Shown: one piece after another, positions 18,673-24,744 of the stretch
Layout: every line of letters starts with the position of its first letter
Numbering within the stretch: the first letter of the stretch is position 1
Assembly (NCBI GenBank): GCA_045638985.1
Contig: JAZUCB010000121.1
Location: forward strand, 1-24,744
From: Clostridia bacterium
GTDB taxonomy: Bacteria > Bacillota > Clostridia > Christensenellales > UBA1242
Reading direction: 5' to 3'
Length of the DNA stretch: 24,744 nt
Notes under the pieces: model-generated
Seen by the model: only the letters and a program-made list of their open reading frames with translations
What the model was told of the DNA's origin: nothing
The model's database searches: none
Translations under genes and position numbers: made by a program

Positions 18673-18886
18673 ATTTGCCAAATTTTAAGATTGCTTCTAA
18701 ACCATTTCAAAATCGAAGTTGTTCTCATCGATAGTTGAAACTTTAATATGATCAACAGTTGATGAAGTTGGTGCTTGATTGTTTGTTGGGTTTGCAAAAT
18801 CAAACTCATGAGTTAATCTCATTGTTTCTAAGAAGTTTGGAATATCAATGCAAGAAAAATCAAACTTCTCGCCTAAATCGTATTTT
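18665..18886 (-). repeat. Direct repeat (second copy at 19925..20146, offset 1260 nt) covering the 3' end of one paralog and the -35 box of the next
   Basis: TTTGTCAAATTTGCCAAATTTTAAGATT(G/A)CTTCTAAACCATTTCAAAATCGAAG... occurs at both positions with scattered mismatches. Confidence 0.85.
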
Positions 18887-19857
18887 ACTCTAACTCTATC
18901 AAGAGTTTTTTTATCGTTATTTATTAAACCTTCCTCTAGCAAAAGTAAATATTTAGGGTGCATAGAAAAAGTGTCGCAACAGATCATTGATTCGAAGTCT
19001 TCTTCGAAATCTTGAGCAATACCCCTAATATATGGAAATAGAGGATTGTAGAAAGCATTTTTGGGAGCATGTGCTTTTAGAGTTTCAATAAATTGATAAG
19101 TTAAAATACTATTGTAGGCTAGTTGAGGGAAGTTATGAGAGTTGACGTGTGGTGATAATTCAAAATTGTCAATTCCGAAGCAATAATCAAGAAAATTTCT
19201 AAGTGGGTTTAGTGAATAAATATGGGAATGTCTGTTAGTTAATTCTGCTTGACTTTCCAAAATACGTTTAATATTATCTGAATCAAAATCCATATCTGAA
19301 TACAAATCAAAATATGTGTAGCCATTGGTGGAAGAATAATAAACGTTTTCATGGTGAATGTCACGAAAACCTAATAAACTCAAAGTTAAATAGTCTTCAA
19401 TAGATTTAAATAGGTGAGGTAGCCCTGTTTTCGCACGGTGCTTTGCCATCTCTAAGTTATAAATTTCTTCAAGTTTTTTTAAGTTTATTTGCTCATTTTT
19501 TAGTTGAGGATTAAAAGCAATAATATGAGAATATAAGCTACGCTCTCTAGCAACTCTAGGGAATGAGCCTTTTGCTTCTTCTTGAATTTGGTAAAATATT
19601 AGTTTATTGCCACCGTCTATGGCTTTCTGTTTTGATGTGAAAAATTTTGGCAATGCAATGTTCACGCCATAATTTTTTAAAGCTGTTGCTTGTGTAATAC
19701 TTTTAGCAGGTTTATAATATTCGTCAAATGATTTTAGTATTATATGACCATCTAAAGAATAGGCGTTTTTATAATCGCCACGTCCACAAGATTCAAGTTC
19801 TTGATCTTCTGCTTTTTTTATTAAGTTTAAATAAAATTCATCATATGCTTCGCTCAT
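18697..19857 (-). CDS. Atypical protein-kinase-like protein, paralog 14 (subfamily B)
   Basis: CGRGDYKNAY, HIILK, YQIQEEAKGS, DIHHEN, GYTYFDL, ends DFEMV. Start moved to ATG 19857 (MSEA..., as in paralogs 13 and 15); the track's GTG at 19866 lies inside the AAGGTGG RBS. Confidence 0.8.
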   Translation of the reverse strand: MSEAYDEFYLNLIKKAEDQELESCGRGDYKNAYSLDGHIILKSFDEYYKPAKSITQATALKNYGVNIALPKFFTSKQKAIDGGNKLIFYQIQEEAKGSFPRVARERSLYSHIIAFNPQLKNEQINLKKLEEIYNLEMAKHRAKTGLPHLFKSIEDYLTLSLLGFRDIHHENVYYSSTNGYTYFDLYSDMDFDSDNIKRILESQAELTNRHSHIYSLNPLRNFLDYCFGIDNFELSPHVNSHNFPQLAYNSILTYQFIETLKAHAPKNAFYNPLFPYIRGIAQDFEEDFESMICCDTFSMHPKYLLLLEEGLINNDKKTLDRVRVKYDLGEKFDFSCIDIPNFLETMRLTHEFDFANPTNNQAPTSSTVDHIKVSTIDENNFDFEMV

Positions 19858-19903
19858 TTTTTCCACCTTTATTTTTAAGTTAGCAATAGTTCACATAGTA
19901 TTT

Positions 19904-19932
19904 ATTATATTTTATAATGTTGAATTTGTCAA
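19904..19932 (-). promoter_or_regulatory. Consensus promoter of paralog 14
   Basis: TTGACA (19932-19927), 17 nt, TATAAT (19909-19904). Confidence 0.85.
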
Positions 19933-19956
19933 ATTTGCCAAATTTTAAGATTACTT

Positions 19957-21135
19957 CTAAACCATTTCAAAATCGAAGGTATTCTCATCGATAGCCGAAA
20001 CTTTAATATGATCAACATTCGATGAAGTTGGTGCTTGATTATTTGTTGGATTTCCAAAATCAAACTCGTGAGTTATTTTCATAGTTTGCAAAAAATTAGG
20101 GATATCAATGCAAGAAAAATCAAAGTCTTTGCCTAGTTCGTATTTTGTTCTTATTTGGTTAAGAAGAACTGAATTGTTATTTAATAAACCTTCCTCTAGC
20201 ATTAAAATATCGTTAGGATGCATAGCGAAAATGTTGTTTTCAAAGAATCCATCATGAGTTTTAATATAATGACTTATGTTTTTACCATTTTTCAATATTG
20301 GGTTGATATCATTATCACACGACTTATTTATTGTTTCTAAAAGTTGGTGTGTTAAAATTCCGTTATAAACAAATAGACTGAAGTGGTTATTAACTAGGTC
20401 TTTTGATGTAAGGGGAAAGCAATTCATACCCAACCCAAAACAATCTTCCATAAATAGTTCAACTTTTGTTGCGTCAAATGATAGATTAAGCAAACTGCTT
20501 GCACTTTTATGTTGTTGTGATTCTAATTGATCTTGAAATTGAGAGGCTATATCAAATGCTGGGTCAACATTTATTAGTGCAGTAATATCGAAAAAAGTAT
20601 AACCATTGGTTGAGGAATAGTTAACATTTTCTGAGTGCATATCTCCATTTCCAAAAGTGCGTAATAAAAAGTAATCGCTAACAAACTTTTTTAAATGGGG
20701 TAACCCAGTTTTTGCGCGATGCTTTGCCATTTCAAGGTTATATTGTTGTTTAAGTTTTACTTTATCAGGTTCTTCTTCGTTTAAATTTGGGTTGAATGCA
20801 ACTAGGTGATAATATAAATTTTTAGTGTTTGAAACGTTAACAAAAGAGCCTTTTGCTTCTTCTTGAACCTCATAAAAAGTTTCAGGATCGCCGAATTTTT
20901 CAACTTTATCTTGCGAAGTGAAAAACTTAGGCAACGCAATGTTCACGCCATAATTTTTTAAAGCAGTTAGTTTTTTAATATATTCAGCAGGGTGGAAGAG
21001 GCTTTTGGTTGATTTTAAAATAACATGGTTGTTGCAATAAAAACCAGTTTTATAAACTCCAACCCCACACTTAGTTGAATCTTGTTCAGCTTTTTTTATT
21101 AAGTTTAAATAAAATTCCTTAAACTCTTCGCTCAT
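19957..21135 (-). CDS. Atypical protein-kinase-like protein, paralog 15 (subfamily B)
   Basis: CGVGVYKTGF, HVILK, YEVQEEAKGS, NGDMHSEN, GYTFFDI, ends DFEMV; RBS AAGGTGG. Confidence 0.8.
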   Translation of the reverse strand: MSEEFKEFYLNLIKKAEQDSTKCGVGVYKTGFYCNNHVILKSTKSLFHPAEYIKKLTALKNYGVNIALPKFFTSQDKVEKFGDPETFYEVQEEAKGSFVNVSNTKNLYYHLVAFNPNLNEEEPDKVKLKQQYNLEMAKHRAKTGLPHLKKFVSDYFLLRTFGNGDMHSENVNYSSTNGYTFFDITALINVDPAFDIASQFQDQLESQQHKSASSLLNLSFDATKVELFMEDCFGLGMNCFPLTSKDLVNNHFSLFVYNGILTHQLLETINKSCDNDINPILKNGKNISHYIKTHDGFFENNIFAMHPNDILMLEEGLLNNNSVLLNQIRTKYELGKDFDFSCIDIPNFLQTMKITHEFDFGNPTNNQAPTSSNVDHIKVSAIDENTFDFEMV

Positions 21136-21189
21136 TTTTCCACCTTTTTTAGCTTGTATTTTGATTCATTGCCACATAGTATTTATTAT

Positions 21190-21218
21190 ATTATATAACT
21201 ATTTACCAAATTTGTCAA
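21190..21218 (-). promoter_or_regulatory. Consensus promoter of paralog 15
   Basis: TTGACA (21218-21213), 17 nt, TATAAT (21195-21190), followed by ATAATAAATACTATGTGG. Confidence 0.85.
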
Positions 21219-21284
21219 ATTGGGTTGTTTTAGGTGCATAGTTTTGATATGCTATAAATATAATTGATTTAAACTAGGTGAAAT

Positions 21285-21499
21285 ATGATAAATTTAAACA
21301 AAGCATTTGCATTAAAACTTTCGGATATTTTAAATGAAAGAAAAATGTCGAAATATAAATTAGAAAAAGAAACTGGGTTAACTCATTCAGCATTAAGATA
21401 TATTTTTAATGAAGTTAATAAAGATTTTCAACAATAGTTAAGGTTTGTTCGGTATTAAATATTTCGTTAAGCGAGTTTTTTGATGACGAAATCTTTTAA
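21285..21499 (+). pseudogene. Frameshifted XRE/Cro-family helix-turn-helix regulator
   Basis: RBS AGGTG, ATG 21285: MINLNKAFALKLSDILNERKMSKYKLEKETGLTHSALRYIFNEVNKDFQQ* (TAG 21435-21437). The -1 frame from 21428 gives STIVKVCSVLNISLSEFFDDEIF* (TAA ends at 21499), a typical XRE C-terminal half. Confidence 0.75.
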
Positions 21500-21582
21500 T
21501 TGAAAAATCTAGAAGTGGAATAAAAAAACAGTTAAAACATGTTATAAATTTAAAATAAAAACTATAATTTAGGAGTTGAAAT

Positions 21583-22233
21583 ATGAAAGAAAAAATATTA
21601 ATTGTGGCAATTGCCGGAGCTGGAAAAACATTTCTAGCAGAAAATTATAAAAATGTTGTTGATTTTGAGTATTTATATCATTTGTGGGACTATGATGAAT
21701 CAATAAAAGATTTGCCTATTGATATGCATAAAGGAAACCCAAACCGAACACCAAATCCGGATTATCCATGGAATTTTATTGTTGACATAAAACATGAACT
21801 TGAAAAAGATAAAATTGTTGTTATTCCGGGCATGCCAAACGGCATATATGCTGTTATGGTTGGTAAAGATTACTTTGATAAAGATACCCGTATTATTTTT
21901 GCAATGCCGAGTGAAGATGATTTTGAAAGCTTAGCAGAAAGATATAGAAAGAGAGGAAATCCTGAGTCTTTTGTTGAGTTGGTAAGGGTAAATTTTGCTA
22001 AAGCTCATGAACTTGCTAAAAACTTCAAAGGTGCAGAATACTTGATTATTCCACCTAAAAAATATCTATCTGATGCGTTAATTGAGTATGGAATAAAATT
22101 AGAGCCAGGTGTTGGAGTTGTTAAAGAGAATAGAAATGCTGGACGCGAATTTGAATCTGAGTATAAAGAACAAATGAGAAAAAATCAAAAATATAAAGTT
22201 GATATCGTGACTAGCACACTAATAGAGTTATAA
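21583..22233 (+). CDS. P-loop NTPase, nucleotide-kinase-like
   Basis: Walker A variant ILIVAIAGAGKT at the N-terminus; lid-like ERYRKRGN; RBS AGGAG. Confidence 0.7.
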   Translation: MKEKILIVAIAGAGKTFLAENYKNVVDFEYLYHLWDYDESIKDLPIDMHKGNPNRTPNPDYPWNFIVDIKHELEKDKIVVIPGMPNGIYAVMVGKDYFDKDTRIIFAMPSEDDFESLAERYRKRGNPESFVELVRVNFAKAHELAKNFKGAEYLIIPPKKYLSDALIEYGIKLEPGVGVVKENRNAGREFESEYKEQMRKNQKYKVDIVTSTLIEL

Positions 22234-22257
22234 ATTACTGTGCTCTAAAAATCATTA

Positions 22258-22292
22258 AAAAAATAAAGTGCGAAACTTGCACTTTATTTTTT
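22258..22292 (+). terminator. Intrinsic terminator after the P-loop gene
   Basis: AAATAAAGTGC-GAAACTT-GCACTTTATTT, an 11-bp perfect stem with A and T tracts. Confidence 0.8.
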
Positions 22293-22319
22293 GCACTTTA
22301 AATGGGTTTGTGGTATAAA
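22291..22319 (+). promoter_or_regulatory. Promoter of the HD-domain gene
   Basis: TTGCAC (22291-22296), 17 nt, extended -10 TGgTATAAA (22314-22319); same layout as the tRNA promoter. Confidence 0.6.
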
Positions 22320-22367
22320 AATATAGGAAATATATTTTTAAAATAATAAAATTAAAGTGAAAAAATT

Positions 22368-22943
22368 ATGGAAAAAGAAAACAAATTTAAAAAATATTAT
22401 GATCTAATTAAAAAACAATCTGAAGAATATGATAAATCGCAAAATTGCAACGTTGGGCAAACTTGGCAATTTCATTTGTTGCCAGTGATTAAAAATGCGT
22501 GCATGCTGGCAGAAAGATATGGTGCTGATAAGGATGTTGTGGAAGTGAGTGCGATTTTTCATGATTATGCTGATTTGATTGATATGAATAATAGAGATAA
22601 TCATCATATTCTTGGTGCAAACTTAGCAGAAAAAATTTTAAAGCAAGATGGTTTTGATGATGAATTTATTGAAAGAGTTAAAAAGTGCATTATTAATCAT
22701 AGGGCGAGCGTTGTTAATGAAAAATTTTCAATTGAAGAAATTTGCGTGGCAGATGCTGATGCAATGAGCCATTTAGATAGCGTTGTGGAATTGATTTGCT
22801 GGCGAGCATACTTAGGCGAAAGCATTATGGCTTGCAATGCTTTTGTTAAAAGCAAAATTGTTAAAAGCTATTCTAAAATGAGCAAGCGAACTCAGGAGTT
22901 GATGAAAGATAAATTCGATAGCATTATGAAAGTTTTGTTTTAA
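22368..22943 (+). CDS. HD-domain metal-dependent phosphohydrolase
   Basis: FH(LLPV)...AIFHDY...NHH...IINHR...VADADAMSH, the H...HD...H...D pattern. Confidence 0.85.
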   Translation: MEKENKFKKYYDLIKKQSEEYDKSQNCNVGQTWQFHLLPVIKNACMLAERYGADKDVVEVSAIFHDYADLIDMNNRDNHHILGANLAEKILKQDGFDDEFIERVKKCIINHRASVVNEKFSIEEICVADADAMSHLDSVVELICWRAYLGESIMACNAFVKSKIVKSYSKMSKRTQELMKDKFDSIMKVLF

Positions 22944-23004
22944 AAAATTTTAATAATTTAAAACAGAAACAATTAAATTGCTTAAATAAACAAAAAGGGA
23001 AAGA

Positions 23005-23226
23005 ATGATGGAAGTTAAAGTTAAGGGAATTTATAGGCACTTTAAAGGTGATTATTATATTGTTGAGGATATTGGATACGACGCAGAAACTGAAGAAAAA
23101 GTTGTGATTTATCGTGGGCTTTATGAAGGTGCAAGGTTATGGGTTAGGCCATATGATAATTTTATTGGAAAAACAAAAGATAATAAACCTAGATTTGAAT
23201 ATATTAGCGTTCAAAGCAAAAGATAA
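23005..23226 (+). CDS. DUF1653-family small protein
   Basis: GIYRHFKGDYYIV...AETEEKVVIYRGLY...LWVRPYDNF matches the characteristic YRHFKG...Y..LY...WVRP..F pattern. Confidence 0.85.
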   Translation: MMEVKVKGIYRHFKGDYYIVEDIGYDAETEEKVVIYRGLYEGARLWVRPYDNFIGKTKDNKPRFEYISVQSKR

Positions 23227-23233
23227 TTAATTG

Positions 23234-23274
23234 AAAATATCTAAATCATAAATAAGTGGTTTAGATATTTTTTT
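23234..23274 (+). terminator. Intrinsic terminator after DUF1653
   Basis: AAAATATCTAAATCA-TAAATAAG-TGGTTTAGATATTTT hairpin with one G-U pair, followed by a T run. Confidence 0.75.
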
Positions 23275-23525
23275 AGCTTATAATATTTTGTTAATGAGTT
23301 TTCAGAGAACTATAAGATTTAAAGTTTAACAAGAAAATGTTTGAACCTGTTTTTCATGTATTTTTATAAAGTTTCATTAATTTTTATAAATTTTATTCAA
23401 AAATCGTTTTGATAATAAAATAAAGTTTGTTAATATATTATTAATTAATGCGTTTGTTGAAATAAAATTATGAGTTTCTGCATAAAAATGTGGGAAGAAA
23501 ATTTTTATTGTGGGGAAGATGGGTT

Positions 23526-24716
23526 ATGGTTAAGAGTGTTTTTTTTGAAGATGCAAGAAAATATATTATTGATTTCTTTGATGAAGAATTTCACGAATTA
23601 GACTCTGAAAAACTGCAAAAAATCATTAACTCATTTTATAGATTAAGTTCTTATGAAGAAGAGGGCGTTAAAATTCGCCCTAGCATTTTTGTTTGCAATA
23701 ATATTAATGCTGTTGTTAAAAATATTCCTAATTGCTATAAGTTAATGATTTATAAAGATTCTGATGATAGCAGTTTTAACCAGCGCCTTAAAGCATTGCT
23801 TTGTTTTTGCAAAAACGATTGGCATTTATATATCAATTATTCATCAGACGGCGTTGAATATGGTTTAATAAAACTTTTAAGTTCAATTAAAGATATTAGT
23901 TTAAATCGAATGATTTTTAAAAGTGACCACACTAAAACCTTGGAAGCAAAATGCCACTTAATAAATATTAACGTTGTTAGTGGTGGTATGATCATACTTT
24001 CTGGCATAAAAGGAAACAAAACTAGTATTTGTTTTAACTTAAATAGCCATGTTGAATATGAGTGGGATAATAAAATTCAGCATTTCGTTGAGGCTTGCGT
24101 TTCAAAAGTTCAAACCAAAAGCCAAAGAAAATTAAACGATATTAAAAATATTTTTTATAATATTTTCCAAAAACTTTTTAAAGGCTTGCATGGAACAATT
24201 TGCTTAATTGTGGATAAAGATTTTGCCGATAAAAAAGGCGTTTTTGCAGATGGAACATGGTTAAAAGAACCAATTAATTTTGCAAAACTATTTGTTCAGA
24301 GCAAAAACTTTAATGAGTTTAAACTTTCAAGTTATGCAGATATTATTTCAACAATGCTTAACTATGATGGAATCACCATTTTAGATAACGCTGGTCAAAT
24401 TAGAGCATATAACGTGTTTATTGAATCTGATCCATCTGTTAATAAAAAAGTTGTTGGTGGTGCAAGAAGAAGGGCAACCGAAACTTTGCTTAATATGAAA
24501 TCAAGAAAGATTGTTGGTGTTTATTTCCAAAGTCAAGATGGAGATAATTTCTATAAATATGCTGAGTATTATAAACGTTTAAATAAGAAGATTGAAGAAG
24601 AGCATGAAGAGCATCAGCAAGACGTTGTTAACGAGCTTTTGCCACTAGAAGAGTTGGTTAAAAACCAAACCCTTGCAGTTGGTGAAGTTAAAGAAGTGAA
24701 AGAAGATGAAGAGTAA
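23526..24716 (+). CDS. DisA_N/diadenylate-cyclase (DAC)-like domain protein with an N-terminal domain and variant motifs
   Basis: C-terminal LHGTICLI...YDGITILDNAGQIRAYNVFI...GGARRRA...GVYFQSQDG parallels the DAC DGA...RHR...SQDG pattern. ATG 23526 is preferred over GTG 23490, but the start is uncertain. Confidence 0.7.
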   Translation: MVKSVFFEDARKYIIDFFDEEFHELDSEKLQKIINSFYRLSSYEEEGVKIRPSIFVCNNINAVVKNIPNCYKLMIYKDSDDSSFNQRLKALLCFCKNDWHLYINYSSDGVEYGLIKLLSSIKDISLNRMIFKSDHTKTLEAKCHLININVVSGGMIILSGIKGNKTSICFNLNSHVEYEWDNKIQHFVEACVSKVQTKSQRKLNDIKNIFYNIFQKLFKGLHGTICLIVDKDFADKKGVFADGTWLKEPINFAKLFVQSKNFNEFKLSSYADIISTMLNYDGITILDNAGQIRAYNVFIESDPSVNKKVVGGARRRATETLLNMKSRKIVGVYFQSQDGDNFYKYAEYYKRLNKKIEEEHEEHQQDVVNELLPLEELVKNQTLAVGEVKEVKEDEE

Positions 24717-24723
24717 AAAAATA

Positions 24724-24744
24724 ATGAAGCAATTAATCAAAGGG
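24724..24744 (+). CDS. Possible start of the next gene (MKQLIKG...), cut by the window edge
   Basis: ATG 7 nt after the DAC-like stop, open for 7 codons to the edge; too short to assign a function. Confidence 0.3.

Noticed and set aside
7982-20146. CRISPR array or diversity-generating retroelement as the source of the repeats
   Set aside because: The repeats are gene-end homologies 1.2-1.4 kb apart, not short regularly spaced repeats. There is no cas or reverse transcriptase gene, and no adenine-specific mismatch pattern was apparent.
1-21135. Calling the array genes hipA or a type II toxin-antitoxin cluster
   Set aside because: Only the DxHxxN loop is shared. The N-terminal motifs differ from HipA as I know it, and no hipB-like gene precedes any copy.
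14955-21600. Integrated element (prophage or genomic island) at tRNA-Glu
   Set aside because: No integrase, transposase or phage structural gene, and no duplicated tRNA 3' end was seen in the window.
22404-24019. Antisense ORFs at 22404..22607 and 23837..24019
   Set aside because: Shadows of the HD-domain and DAC-like genes.

Overview
This is an AT-rich bacterial window. Standard-code ORFs, AGGAG/AGGTGG ribosome-binding sites and sigma70/sigmaA-type promoters suggest a low-GC Bacillota-like organism, but the taxon cannot be fixed from the sequence. About 21 kb is a minus-strand tandem array of 16 paralogous genes (15 complete, 1 running off the left edge) for 370-450 aa proteins. They carry the motifs of an atypical protein-kinase-like (PKL) fold: GxGxxK loop, (I/V)(I/L)LK strand, Y(E/Q)(V/I)QxxAxG hinge, DxHxxN catalytic loop, and (F/Y)(F/I)D(L/I) with the Asp 13 residues after the Asn in the copies checked. 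I do not recognise the family. The glycine-loop lysine is invariant, as in WNK kinases, while four copies lack the usual beta3 lysine. The array is split by a plus-strand tRNA-Glu(CUC) and an SGNH/GDSL hydrolase. The four genes right of this island and the first gene left of it each have an exact TTGACA-N17-TATAAT promoter; the left 12 genes look like one operon. To the right of the array are a frameshifted XRE-type HTH gene, a P-loop NTPase, an HD-domain protein, a DUF1653 protein and a DisA_N/DAC-like protein with variant motifs. All family calls come from reading motifs by eye; no database searches were run.
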